Shown here piece after piece: positions 25,319 to 38,899 of a stretch of 64,000 nucleotides of DNA. Both the position numbers and the translations under genes were made by a program. The notes beneath the pieces are model-generated. The model made no database searches and was not told the DNA's origin. It was given only the letters and a program-made list of their open reading frames with translations. Position 1 is the stretch's first letter. Each line of letters opens with the position of its first letter. Location of the stretch: contig JASCQW010000109.1 in the NCBI GenBank assembly GCA_030264375.1, positions 49,014,470 through 49,078,469 of the forward strand, given 5' to 3'. The stretch comes from Carcharhinus longimanus (Eukaryota).

Positions 25319-28300
25319 TGGCATCCACATTGACTCCAAGCTAAGCTTTGAACCACATTTCATCTCCATCACCAAGAATGCCCACTTCTAAATGTGTAAC
25401 ATGGCCTGTCTCTTCCGCTATCTTAGTCACCAGCTGTAACCCTCATCTACGTCCTTGTCACCTGCGGACGATACTATGTCATTATTTTTCCAATCAACCT
25501 TCAACCCACTGCTTGTACGAAATTTTAAGTCAACCAAAATTCCACTGCCCATATCATATCCTGCACAATATCTAATCCATCTGTTATCACTGCCTTTACT
25601 GATCGATATTGGTTGCTGGTCCCTTGTGCCTCCAATTAAAGATACTTTATTTTCTAGATCCCTATTTCGGCGTCCTCCTCCAGCCTTACAAGTGGAAGTT
25701 TCTAATTTTTTTGCAGAGTGGTATGGCGGGTGGAAAAATGGCATGGAAGCCACCAGCCCTAAAAGCGGCTTTCACCACCATTTTGTTTGGCTGATAGCTG
25801 ACAAATAGTGAGGGGGTGGGTCCCACAATGTAATGATTGGGGCCGCCCCAGCAGCAAGTTGGGTTCTAGCTTAGGGCGCCGTTTTTAAGGTGTTCCCAAT
25901 ACAAAATCTTAAAAATGGAACCCCATTCCCGAATACAATCTGCTTATGGAAAACCACCCCTGAACACCTACCCTCCACAAGGAACAGAGACCCCCCGCTT
26001 CCTTCCCCCAACAGGACCTCTCTGGCATTGCCCTGGCACTGTGTCCTGACGCTGTGTCCTGGGGCAGAGCCAGGGGGCAGTGTCAGGGGATCTGGGGCAT
26101 GATCCTCCTCTCTCTCCCCGCAAGCAATCTGAACTCCTGTGATAGGTTCTGCTTGTCAGGTACACGCCATGGGAGATCTGTCATCATTCACATTGGTGTA
26201 CCCTCATGCTGCTGTGTATGGATTATGTAATGAGAGAGAGGATTATTAGGTGTAGAGATGTGATAATGAGATGACAATCACACCAGAAAATCGCACCACA
26301 TAGATAGCATGTTGGGTCTGTCATGCTATCTTGCATTCCAGTCACTATTCACGGCCACTGTGAACGACAGCGCAAAATCCCAGCCTCTGTCCTTGCAATT
26401 TTGATATTTTGTTCACTTCTTCCTTCCACTTTCCCTGTGCCTGGGTCCTGTGCTTTTAACTTCCGTCTTCTAGCTCTCCAACTTCATGTATATAGCCCAT
26501 CACAATGATTAACCTTTTAATCACCCCCCCCCCAATTACAAATCCTTTGACTTGGCTTCCCTGTTTGATTATACACCACAAAATGTTTTTCTACATTAGA
26601 GACACATTTTATGGAGCATGATAACAGCCATCCCTGAGGAGAGTGGAACATGTCAGGCTTCCAAATGTCCGCTGAGGTTTCTCACTCTGGACGTATTCCT
26701 GGAGGTTTAATCAAAGTCTGATCAGCCATGTCCCCACATTCTCTCAACATCTCAATTCTGTTAACCTTCCCACACTAATTAGAATGCAAAAGCTCCTGCA
26801 TTGTTCACTTCCTGACCTTCAGTCAAACAGACTTTTCTTTTCTCCATCTTCAATATCTTTATAATAAGGAAAATATATAAAACACACTTTTGATATCATG
26901 CCAGTATGATTTTGCCCCAGGGTAGCCTGCAGTGGTTCTGTGGAGACTCGTGGAGATGTTAAATCAATCAGAGAGGAATGGAAATTCTGCTGTCCCCTTT
27001 AGGGCACTGTGTAGGATGTGGGACCAAGCTCCTGGGAGCACCCTTCAGGGATAGCATCAGCAGTGGCTGCAGAACACAAGCCAGCCTCCATAGAACAAAG
27101 TTCACCTCAGTCCCAGCACTTTCCTTCGTTGGATGAGGGAAAAAAACCCACCAATGGCAGCTGGATCCCTCATCCTCCTATGGCATTTGGAGCACACACA
27201 GTAAGGTGCTCATAGGGATGCCACATCTGGTCCTGAATATCGTTGCTGCAGGGTGCTACATGATGTGCGTAGGTGGCAGTTCAAACATCTGACCCCCCGC
27301 AAAGCAGTTGAGAGCAAGTGCAGGTGCTTGTGGGCAGAAGACAAAAAAGAGAATTCTTTAAAAACAAAGGTTTCCAATCTTAAAGAACTTCAGTAAAGGT
27401 TCTGCAGGCTCTTCGAAACTCAATTGCATTTTTACCGGTTAACCCTGACAGTTACCGTGTCTAACTGAGACGTTTACCCATAGTGGCCAAATCCAGGCAA
27501 CTGCTAGCCACAATGCCTCTGGATCTCAAGCAACGTAAGTTTATTAAGCTGTGACTGCGCTCTGAAACAGCCCAAAGAGTGGGTGGTACAAGCATTGGAA
27601 AGTATTGTACAAGTATATTCTCCAGCTTCATGGTGTAAATAAAAAAAATTCCCCACTATTTCATTGCTGTTTGGGGGAACACTTCAACAATATTGACTTC
27701 ACTTTTAAAGCATTTTATTGACCTACAAGTGCTTTGGGGAATCTTGGGGACATGAAAGGTACTCAACCAATGAAAGTTAATACTTTAATGGTGTTAGTTA
27801 TCTACGACAATTTGGAAATTGCTTTATTTTTCAAGTCCACGATGTTTTATGAAGAACTGCACATTTACAGGACATTGATTGATGTTCTGGAGTGTTCATC
27901 ACTCAAGGGTTACAGGGGAAAAAGCAGGAGAACGGGGATAAGAAAAATATCAGCCATGATTGAATGCCAGAACAGACTTGATGGGCTGAGTGGCCTAATT
28001 CTGCTCCTATGTCTTATGGTCTTATGGTCATCAGCTGGGGGACTGGTGACACGTTTAGGCATGAGTTTTACTGATTAGTGGCAAGTTCTGCTATTGGGGT
28101 TAAAAGTTTGAAGCAACCCCTGTTTGACAAGCAGAGGGACTCAAGGTGGCATGTTATCACTGGTGGCTAATTCAGAGGCTGGGGCCATTGTCCAAAAAAG
28201 GATGGCTGCATTTCCAAGAATATTAACCTAAGTGGCACCACCACTTACGATGGCCATTTCTGAGGCTGCATTTCCAGAGAGAGAGAGAGACTGCCTTAAC

Positions 28301-28852
28301 AGAATTGAGGTAGGCAGGAGAAAACCAGGGCGATCGTAGGAGTCACGAAGTAATGGCTGCCCAGGAAGCCCCCCTCACTGAAGCATGGCGTGCACATAAT
28401 GCTCACCCCCACCACCACCTCAGCCTAAAATTGCCAATGCCTGCAGAAGCAGGAATGGTCCTTAATTAGCAGCCTGACGGATGTCTGCCACCAGACTTGC
28501 AGTTGCCATCCCTTATTCCAGCATAGGAATGGCATTGGGTTCTTTCCGAAGCCTTCCTCCACCATTTTACCAGAGCACCCCCACCTCACCCTCTCCCCAC
28601 ACACACACAGCCTGTCCCCATGCAACCTGAACAATTCAGTCTTATTTTGCAGTGCTCATATATGGATATTTTGTTGTGTGTGTGTGTGCACCCACCTGTT
28701 TTGTTATTGTCCTGTTTTAGTACACTGGCATCGTGTTCTGTGATTAAGTATGTGCAGATGTTTAGCAGATGTGGATGTAAAATAACAGTTTATATTCGGT
28801 GCACGAGTAGTTTCATAAATTATTAGATTAACTTTCATCTTCCATCTTAAGA

Positions 28853-29165
28853 GTGACACGGTGGCACAGCAGTTAGCACTGCTGCCTCACAGCGCCAGGC
28901 ACCTGGGTTCAATTCCCACCTTGGGTGACTGTTTGTGTGGAGTCTGCATGGTCTCACTATGTCTGCTTGGGTTTAGTCCGAGTGCTCTGGTTTCCTCCCA
29001 GAGTCCAAAAATGTGTGGGTTAAGTGGACTGGCTGTGCTAAATTGCCCCTTAGGGTCAGGGGGATTAGCAGGGTAAATACATGGGGTTACGGGATAGGGC
29101 GTGGTTGGGATTGTTGACGCTGCAGATTCGATGGGCCTCGAGTAGGGACTCAATGATCCTATGAT
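28853..29165 (+). mobile_element. HE1-type SINE
   Basis: GGTGGCACAGCAGTTAGC head, GGTTCAATTCC box B, V-domain. Confidence 0.83.
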
Positions 29166-29510
29166 TATCTTCACCAAACACCTTTGTAGCAGTGTTGTTC
29201 TGTGCTGCCCAAAAAATCTGGTATATAACATGCCTAAGCTCAAGAACATTTCGAGGCAGAGACCCCCAACATCTCATCCATAGAAGTTAATCCTCTTCAT
29301 ACTGTTCATCTGCTTGTGCTGTCTCTCCGAAACACGAACAGTCATATGAGATTTTATTACTGTAAACCAACTGAACACATCACAAAGCAAACAATAATGA
29401 CAACATTTCAAGTGCAAATCTTTTCTTATATGAATTCAGTTTTGTGAGTTAGGATGAACAGTAATCACTCCGATATTTCTCCTTAATGCAGTCAAGCTCC
29501 TTTGTTTGTG

Positions 29511-31992
29511 GGGGGAGATTCTCCGACCTTGCCGTGCTGTTAGTAGATTGCACCTTTCTGGAGAAAGCATCTGAGCCTAAAAATCCATTTCGCGCCCAAT
29601 GCGAAATAGTTTGCAATTTTCCTGACTCCTTTCCAATGGCAGAAACCGTTCCATGCTCATTCTCGCCCAGAAAGAGCGTGAGACTGATTAGCATGTGATT
29701 GGCTGACTTCAGTCTCATTAGCGAGTTCGTCAAGTAGCCCACCTTGCTCCCAGAATGCACCCACCCCTCTGGTATGATGTCACATAGGTACAAATCACTC
29801 CTGCTCCTGTAAAGTGTGGTGCCGGCGCAGCAGTTGCGAGGCAGAGTGAGGAGGTGAGCACCGCTGTGCACCAACCTCCAGGGTGTAGCAGAATGGGTCA
29901 GCTGCTGCCATGGTGCAGATTGAGGTGGGAACCCCCATGGGTACAGGGGCTTCGGGGGGGGGGGGGGGGGGGGGGGGGGGGTGGNNNNNNNNNNNNNNNT
30001 TCAGGGGTGGCCACTAGGTTGGAATCGTGTGGCAAGCATTCTCTCTGCCTGCTGAAAGAGCCCTGAAGGGTTGCAGAAGGCGAGGTCAAATCCCTCTCAT
30101 CTTGCACCCTCCACCCTGCCACCTCTTGGCTCGGCAGGCTCCATGGTTTAATACAGACAGCTGTTACCCTAATCGGAAGGTGTTAACACAGCTCTGCACA
30201 CTGCATGAGCTCTGCGGTGCTCCCTGCAATGATCACCCATCTCACGGAAGTCAGGAGGGTGCTTCCCTATTATCTGTATGAACTGACTGCCATTTTGGGA
30301 AGTTAGTTTGCACTGAATGTCCAGGTGGGTACACACAGGTTTATACTGCATGGATTCCTCATTTGAAGACCTTCCCATAGCCATCCTTTGGCCCTATGTG
30401 AGTGCCAGAGCACTGAGCGCAGTCTGTCATCTGCCTCATGCCACTGGCACTAACCTATGGTATCGGGGGATTGTATCCAGGGAACTGGCCATCCGGGGTT
30501 GTGGGCAGCACTGTGCCGCAAAATATTGATCAAGCAACTACACTCGGGCTAGAGAAGGCATTGTGCAGCATCATGGGAAGAGAGTGTACAGCCATGTAGG
30601 AGACTATTGGTGCCTGTGTGGCAGCATGGGCAGTGCCTATAACCATTGAAGCTAATCCCAGTCACTCAGCTGTGTGTCTCTGCACTGATGGATGATGCTG
30701 ATGATGCCTCTGCCGGTGGTTTCCTCGGTGTTTTCCTCCTCAGTGCTGGTGGGGGTTGCGGGGGTGTCAGGTGCCTATATGGGAATGCAGGGGGGGCACC
30801 AATTCCTGAGGGCCTGGCCTAATGCAAAGTTGCGCCTGCAGTAGAAAACACATGGGTAAATGCTTTGGGGGGAAGGGTATCTGTTCAAATTGGCACTTCA
30901 GAGAAGTTCTAAATGGATGAAGGATTGGTGGATCGTCACTTCTGTGGCACATTCCGACATCACAGTCACTCACAGCCCTCTCAGATGGCTCTCCTGCAAG
31001 CTCCTCCATGTGTTCTTCAAAGGGTGTCAGGAAATACAACTCAGGGTTCCACCCGCTCTCTGAGAGTATGGGCCATCTCCTCCTGTAGAGACATAAGGGA
31101 ATGATTGAGAGCTCGGAATTTGCTGGGCATTGCTTGGGGGGAGAGGGGGGTTGGGGACAGAGGAAAATGGGTAGTATAACTTGCCACTGTGCTTCACCAG
31201 GCAGGGGTTGTGACTGAGGTTGCCAGAGAGATTGGAGGAAGATACTTGATGGTGAGGTGCTGGATGTTCACAAGACGTCAGGGAATGGGTCAAGATAGAC
31301 ATTCCAGGTGTGATGGATGGGACTGATGCCAGGATGAGATGGGTGGGCACTCACCCTTACAGCTTCAATCAGATCATTAATCTTCTNNNNNNNNNNNNNN
31401 NNNNNNNNNNNNNNNNNNNNNNNNNNNNNNNNNNNNNNNNNNNNNNNNNNNNNNNNNNNNNNNNNNNNNNNNNNNNNNNNNNNNNNTGAGATGGGTGGGC
31501 ACTCACCCTTACAGCTTGAATCAGATCATTCATCTTCTTCTGGCATTGGGCACCAGTCCTCAGTGTCAGACCACAGGCACTGACTGCTGCAGCCACTGCC
31601 TCCCAGACTGCATTGGAGTCCCTGTTCCTGGGGGGGGGGGGGAGGGGGTACAGGATAGCCTGCCTCTCCTCCATGCTGTCTAGCAGTCGTCAATCTCTGC
31701 CTTGCTAAACCATGGGGCTAATCTCCACGCTGCCATCTTTCTGGTGTGATTAGCTGTGAGGACAGTGGGAATATTTAAGTACAGCTCCCACTTGTTAACG
31801 GCGCTCATCTGCGGCCACTCCGGGTGAGCCACGCACCTGGAGACTCCACAACAGCACCTTTCACGTGGCGACTCTATCAGTGCACTAAGTGTCAATGGAT
31901 AGTGGCGTGGAGTGCTCCAAAGAGACCAGCACAGATCACTCCACTATTCTCGCTGTTACGACACTTAGACGTTTTGCGGGGAAATCCACCCT
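29511..31992 (-). mobile_element. Non-autonomous PIF/Harbinger element with Myb/SANT-like gene relic
   Basis: Degenerate TIRs (GGGGAGATTCTCC...GGAAATCCACCC). Exon 31736-31507 reads MAAWRLAPWFSKAEID-frameshift-LLDSMEERQAILYP...WEAVAAAVSA...RTGAQCQKKMNDLIQAVR|gtgagt. Confidence 0.75.
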
Positions 31993-34646
31993 ACGTGTTG
32001 ATTGTCTAGGGGCTGATAAAGAAAAAAAAATTCTCTTTATAAATATAAATATATATCGTCTGTTCTTTGTCTTGAGCTTCTATCTTATCCTGAAGCTGCA
32101 GTAGGTTAGCTGTAATTACTTACACACCTAATCTGATCTTCAAATCCTTCCATTCTGTAATCCTAAAATTAACTCCAAACAGGTCTTTTTACAAGGATTG
32201 TCAATCTATTAAATCTCAAATTTTCCCATATTGTAAAAATCCAGCTGCTGTCATCAAATTCCTGAAATTTAATTCCTGGAAGTGAAGTTTTGACGCTTTA
32301 TTTTCTGACTGCAATACATATCTGTAACACTGAGATACAAAAATACTCTTTTCCTTATCTCTCTCCCTCCTCCCATCCCTTTTTGAAAAGGTTGGTTTGC
32401 TTGAGCTAATATAATTCTAATCTATTCAATCCTTGTACTCTAATGGAATCTTAATCAATGCATGCACAATGAAAATGTGCCCAGACAGGTTGATGTGATG
32501 CATCTACTGTGTGGGTGAAGTGAGGTAGTCTGCTTTCCGCTTTTTATGTGCTAGTTTGCTTCACATTTTCAGCCTCCACCACAGTCTAGCAGCAATGTCT
32601 CTGCCGGTTTACAGTTCCTCAACTCTGCCTCTTTGTGCCAATTTATGGAAACTGCCCCTTAAGGCCCAGACTAAAGCTTCAGAGTAACTTAGAGGAGCTT
32701 TGTCCTCCAAATATGCAGAGTGAAGGCCCATTGATATGTGGACATGCCTTGGCATTTGTGAACTAAGTTGCCAGCTGTGGATGAATAACTCCACTGCCTT
32801 GTGGATATTTCGGGAGAGCTGGAGGCTTAGGGAATGAACCCTGACAAAAGAAAGCCTGCAGTGAAGCCGAAAGGCAGACTGAGAGTCTAAATATGCCAGC
32901 TTTCCAGCAACAATTGCAAAAGAACCACTGCTAAAAATAGTGCTTTGCATTCCATTATACCAAACCAGGGAAGTTAATGGGGTGAACATTTACATATAGT
33001 CCGCCCAGGGTCTCCTTGAGTTTTTCCCAGGCTGGCACCCTAGAGAGGACATTCCAGTTTCACTGCAGAATATTAACACAACATGAGAGACAGCAGTTAT
33101 CACAAGAGTTGACCACCAGGATGCAAACAGTCACCTCACAAGACAGAAGGCTGTCCAACTGAACAGATTGAAAACTTATTGAGCAAGATTTAATGGTCCT
33201 ACCCGCCGTGGGAATGGTAACAGGCAGGACAGAAAATTCGGCAGACCATGTAAAGGTTTATGGACCTCGGGGAGGGCAGGGGGAAATTGGGACGTGTGTG
33301 GCCAGAAAATCCCACCTGTGTTTCATGGAAAGGAGAGGGAGCTAGAATCTCGGTTGATTTTTGATACATTCTCTCAGCGTGTTCCCTTGCTTGCTGTCCT
33401 CATTCAGGAAACTGAGTAATGTTGCAATCTCCTGGTCATACTTGGCTCAGTTTTATCATTTTTCAAATGACCTGTATATAAAATATACAAAGATATGATG
33501 GCCACACGTTGTAATAAAGACCATTCAGAAGCTAAAACCTAACCATATATAACAGTCCAATGGCTAAAAGAATTGCTGTTGCTTCCAATATTTCAATGGT
33601 TGAACTGCTTTCCTGTTCAGTGCGTTTGTACAGGACCCCTGATCTAAGTGTTACAACAGGTTTTAAATGTTCAGTAAAACCCTGTCAATCGCCTTGTAAT
33701 TTTCACTAAACAGCAGGTTTTATATGTGAAATCAATTGCGCCTGTGTTAATTGTTTTCTGCTGGTTTTGTTTAAGTCAGTGAGCTGCATTCTGTCAGAAT
33801 TTTATGGCACTCTTGGAGTAAGTAGAGTGTTGCTTGGTGAATAAATGGTGTATTTCCATTGCAGAGAGCCATTTGGAACTTAAGCAAATTGGAGAATGGT
33901 GAAAAGGGAATAATTGCAGACTTAATTGATTCAATGACTCAGTTCCCTTAAATTGCTACAAAAGTTGAACATCTTTCCTGTCTAAAACAATGATATTTTT
34001 CTTCATGCTGGGAGGTTGGAAACTGGGTAGCATAGTGGGTTAGAATCTGCCCTTTCAGCTCTGAGACCAGGAGGGAGACGGTAATCTTCGTGCAATCCTC
34101 ATGTTAAAGTAGGTTCTCCAACCTCTTAACGTATGAGCTATTGCTGTCGAAAAAGGCAAATGAAGTCCAGCCACTGGGCTCCCAGTCCAACTGGTAAAAA
34201 CCCACAGGAAAATGGTTTCTGTCAGGAACAACAAAGGTGAGAAACAGGACCAGCAGCAAGAACATAGCAGCTCAGCATCAAAGGCCTATCCAGGATAAAA
34301 CAGGACCCACTTGCAAAGTAATTCGCTGATAGAAATGTGGACACAGCCACTCTGTGAGAAACCAACCTCACAGCCTACTCCTGCTGTTGAGTCCACATTC
34401 CTGGGTACTGAATCCTTTCCAGCAGGGATAACAAGGTGTACGGTCTTGCCATCTGCATCAAGAAAAGCATAATCAAAGGTGCTGACCTAAAATCTGATGG
34501 CTTTTACTCCATCTTCATCAAAGTACATAAGCTGAACATCACAAATGTCTTCAAGCCACCAAATGACCCGTGGCTCCACATCATAACACAGCCTACAGCA
34601 CACCTAGCCATTGACAATGACAACTTCAACAGCTAACACCACATGT

Positions 34647-35540
34647 ACAGGTTGTTAAAAATACCATGCAATACTAATATTGAAAATTAGTTTATTTAGT
34701 TACTGGGCTGAAACCACCAATTGAAATTTATAAAACTGAAACAGCATTCCAGAGACTTAAACCAACAGGTCCTAACATTTGCGTGACTGTACCTTACACA
34801 TTCCAAAGTAATTTAAATGGAGTCAGCCAGTCTTGAAGAACTCATCAAAGACACTCACCTTAAAGGAATGTGAATCAGCCATAGCTCCTGATCTATTCAC
34901 TAAACATCCAGACAACACATAGGTCTTCAATTTGGTGCAGAACAAGTCAATAGATGCAATTACATTGGACAATGAACTCTGCCTCAGAAAGGAACTCATC
35001 CAGCCATAATCTAATCATGTCTAATCTCTGGACCTAGAATCAATTTGCTATGACTATGTTTGGCTAACTGGTCAGTTGATGAGAGGGAATCATGTAATAC
35101 AAAAACCTTCTTTGTACTTTAAGAAATTGCATTTCTCCATGTTATAGAACAGAAGCTGACGCGATGCTAAACAAGTGGGATTCTCTCTTTCTTCATCCAG
35201 CCAGCAAACTTGAGCCCTGCCTGCTACTTTGAACCTGTAGATTCAGTAGGTAGTGTTTAAAGAATCAACATTATTTTTTTTTCTATCTTTCCAATTTGCA
35301 ACTCTGTGTGTGTGTGTGTGTGTGTGTGTACCCTTGAATGCATCTGTGTGAGAGATGGAATTTTAAAATTTTTTTAATTGGTCTGGATGTTAAGTATAAT
35401 AGGTAATATTCTCTTCTGTGTTTTTTTTACAGTAAAAACATGTACAATATTAAACACTCACTAAATTTGTGAACATATCCTTTAAAAAAAACCGAGGTCA
35501 AACATGCAGTGAGCAAAGCCATTCTCATCCTCCTCGCCTG
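34647..35540 (+). mobile_element. Probable solo LTR inserted in the Vingi endonuclease region
   Basis: Non-coding block of about 900 bp interrupting the APE frame; contains (TG)n. Termini not cleanly resolved. Confidence 0.45.
35306..35329. repeat. (TG)n microsatellite
   Basis: Perfect TG run read directly. Confidence 0.9.
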
Positions 35541-36250
35541 CGACATGGTGGCACAGTGATTAACACTGCTACCTTATAGCGACAGGGACCCAGGTTCGAT
35601 TCCCGGCTTGGGTCACTGTCTGTGTGGAGTTTGCACATTTTCCCGTTTCTAAACACACACTCAGTTTACAGAATACTGATTAGAATGCAAGGTTTTTACA
35701 GCTAATCAAGTCTTAAAAGTGCAGACAATGTGAGTGGAGATAGCATTAAGCACAGGTTAAAGGGATGTGTATTGTCTCCAGACAGGACAGTAAGTGAGAT
35801 TTTGCAAGCCCAGGCAAGTTATGGGGCTTACAAATAGTGTGACGTGAACCCAAGATCCCAATTGAGGCCATCCTCATGTGTGGGGAACTTGGCTATCAGT
35901 TTCTACTCAGCGACCCTGCGCTGTCATGTGTCATGAAGGCCGCCTTAGAGAACAATTACCCGAAGATCAGAGGCCGAATACCCGTGACCACTGAAGTATT
36001 CGCCAACAGGAAGAGAACAGTTAGTGAGATTTTGCAAGCCCAGGAAAGTTGTGGATGCTCTGGTTTCCTCCCACAGTCAAAAGACATGTGGGTTAGGTGG
36101 ATTGGCCTTGCTAAATTACCCCTTAGCATCAGAGGGACTAGCTAAGGTAAATAAATGGGATTATGGGGATTGGCCGTGGGTGGGATTGTGTTTGGTGCAG
36201 ATTCGATGGGTTGATTGGCCTCCTTCTGCATTGTAAGATTCTATGATTCT
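35541..36250 (+). mobile_element. HE1-type SINE split by a Penelope fragment
   Basis: 5' half at 35541-35650 and 3' half at about 36050-36250 are collinear with intact copies. Confidence 0.8.
35650..36050 (-). mobile_element. Penelope-like 3' fragment
   Basis: High similarity to about 12140-12510. Confidence 0.8.
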
Positions 36251-37507
36251 ATATTGTGGTACCTCAACAACAGCACTGCGGGAGAACAAGTGGCAGAACA
36301 ACCAACCACCAACTCAAAGCAAAAAGCATGCAGGAGGGCAGCGGGAATGTTTTTAGCAGATACTTAGAAACCACCATTAGCCAGATTCTACACCTCCCTG
36401 AAAACTACAATTGCTTTACTTAATCACTTTACTCAACTTACCAAGAGCTTCAGCAAAAACTTTCAACCCTTTCTGGACCTTGAAAAGTAAACATGTCCCA
36501 GAAAAATACAAGAAAAATGAAGACTCCAATTTAGCAACAGCACTTCTCGAGTCCCTTGATGAAGAACACCTCATAAGATGACAGGAATCAGTAGAGAAGA
36601 TTGACACTAGGCACTCAAGCCAAAAAGACATGGAAACCTCTATATGGGCCACATGGGAGCATCTGATAAGGAAAACATCCTCAAAGGACATCACTGGTAT
36701 TCCCATTAACATGGGACTTGAAAAAAGTACCTACGCTTTCACCTGAAGTTCTGTAATCCCTACAGGACACACTGCACACCTGACTAACTTGGTGGCAACA
36801 GCCCCACTCTCGATGGCCCACCTTCTGGTTGACTGCAAATATCAACAATCACAACCTGGTAACTGACCTGAATGGTGAAGTGCCAAGCTTCAACATTCCA
36901 TGGAAAATGTGGACAACCCTCAACTGCATGTGGACAGGCTGGGAAAAATGTATCCACTTGATCTACAAGTGGAACATGAAGAATAGTTGAAATTGCGGCT
37001 ATGGCCACTTAAGTCAGACCATTGTTCATATACTGAACGCCTGCCTTGAGAGGTCCATTCTTGGTGGCATCACAGCCATTAACACTGTCAGCTGAAGCTG
37101 TTGAACAGATTGTTTCCTCAACATTGAACTATAAAACTGCTACGTCAGCCATACGAATGAAAAAATGACTTCTGGNNNNNNNNNNNNNNNNNNNNNNNNN
37201 NNNNNNNNNNNNNNNNNNNNNNNNNNNNNNNNNNNNNNNNNNNNNNNNNNNNNNNNNNNNNNNNNNNNNNNNNNNNNNNNNNNNNNNNNNNNNNNNNNNN
37301 NNNNNNNNNNNNNNNNNNNNNNNNNNNNNNNNNNNNNNNNNNNNNNNNNNNNNNNNNNNNNNNNNNNNNNNNNNNNNNNNNNNNNNNNNNNNNNNNNNNN
37401 NNNNNNNNNNNNNNNNNNNNNNNNNNNNNNNNNNNNNNNNNNNNNNNNNNNNNNNNNNNNNNNNNNNNNNNNNNNNNNNNNNNNNNNNNNNNNNNNNNNN
37501 NNNNNNN

Positions 37508-37755
37508 CACATTGTCTGTGCCTTTAAGACTTGATTACCTGTAAAGACTCACATTCCAACCATTATTTTGTAAATTGAGTTTGTATCTTGATATGCCCTG
37601 TTTGAGAACAGAACTCCCACTTACCTGCTGAAGGAGCAGTGCTCTGAAAGGTGGTGGCTTGTGACTTGTGCTACCAAATAAACCTGTTGAACTTTAATCT
37701 GGTGTTGTGAGACCTGTTACTGCCCACCCCAATCCAACGCCGGCATCTCTACAAC
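37508..37755 (+). mobile_element. Penelope pLTR with a mutated hammerhead core
   Basis: Reverse complement of about 11980-12220; core reads CTGCTGA...GAAA at 37625-37649. Confidence 0.78.
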
Positions 37756-38899
37756 CTGAATTTAAATTCAGCCAGACCTGTAGGACGAATGTCTCCTCTA
37801 TCTATGTACTCGAAAGGACATCTTAAGTGAATTTCTAATGAGCAAGAATCATACAACACCAAAATCATTTGGCACTAGTTGGTATTGTCCCTTAAATAGG
37901 TGATTAGTGCAGGAAATGGAAAATAAGCTATGTTACAGTTATCTAGAGGTTCGGGGCAGAATATATTGTTGGAGATGAGGACAAAGTTTTGTGTGTTGTC
38001 GTATCAGTTCTGGGAAGACTAAATGCTGATAATGGGTGCCTGAAAAGTAAAGTAACCCATCCCTGATCCCTGACACTCCTCACCTTGATGAGTACAAAAT
38101 AGTAGTGGCCAGCAAAAAACGGAGAAGAAAACACATAAGCGGCAAATGCATTTTAAAGCATTCGCTCAGCTCAGAATTAGCATTTTATGACCTTTATCTT
38201 TTAACTACTGCTGATGCTGGTTATCCCTTCTTTTAGCATCCCGTACAGTTTCAAACTGAATGGCAGGAAAGACTTTAAAGATTGCCTTTGGAAAATTAAA
38301 ATGTTTTTATTCCAGCCTCTGCGCAAATAGCAACTAGATTTAAAAACACAGTTACTGAGTTTATAATACTCTGCGTATATAATGTTTATCATTGATACCT
38401 TTGAACAAAAGATTGTGATCTGGAATGCTGAAGGCCACTGCCACACTGAGGTTAATCAAAATATTTTTCATCTAGACAAGAAAGTAATATATATAAGATG
38501 TGCTGTTCAGAACCATCTGGAAAATAGGCCAACATTTCTTTAAAATGGATTGAGTTTTGGTTATGTTTACTTGTTCAAATATTTAACTAATCATGTCCCT
38601 GAGATGATTTTGGTAATTCTGATGGTTCATTGATTTAAATAGTGAAATGGAACTGGATTTGTACATTTAATACTCAGTTAGCCCTGTGTAGAATTTCCTG
38701 AAATCTGTGCTGAAATAATGGCAAAATGCCATTTGTTTCAGTGCAAAAGATTGAAGAAATTTGGGCACAAGTCATTTATGTAGATATTCATTAGATAAGG
38801 GTATCCAGGGACATGGATTAAAGGCAGATAAATGGAATTGAGCTACAGTTAGCCATGATATGAATGAATGATAGAAGTGGCTCGCAGACAGCCAGCACT

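Larger units (their letters stand above)
34110..37165 (+). mobile_element. Vingi/Ingi-clade LINE relic with internal deletion and nested insertions
   Basis: APE motifs QLSIKGLS, YGLAIC, NVFKPP, NFNS-HH resuming as WYLNNSTAGEQVAE at about 36257. Also LLESLDEEH...VEKIDTRHSS, C-terminal WTTLNCMWTG...QTIVHILNAC, and 3' end GCCATACGAATGAA. Confidence 0.7.

Noticed and set aside
27452-27540. Exon-like segment ending CAAC|GTAAGT (MPLDLKQ)
   Set aside because: Weak acceptor, no recognisable homology, and it overlaps what looks like a DNA-transposon terminus.
29953-29984. Long poly-G run as a G-quadruplex candidate
   Set aside because: It abuts a gap, so its length is unreliable and may be a sequencing artefact.
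31335-31540. About 50-bp near-duplicate of the Myb exon end flanking a gap
   Set aside because: Most likely haplotype or contig overlap; cannot be called a tandem duplication without reads.
37129-37527. Long ORFs made of X residues
   Set aside because: Artefacts of the N gap.
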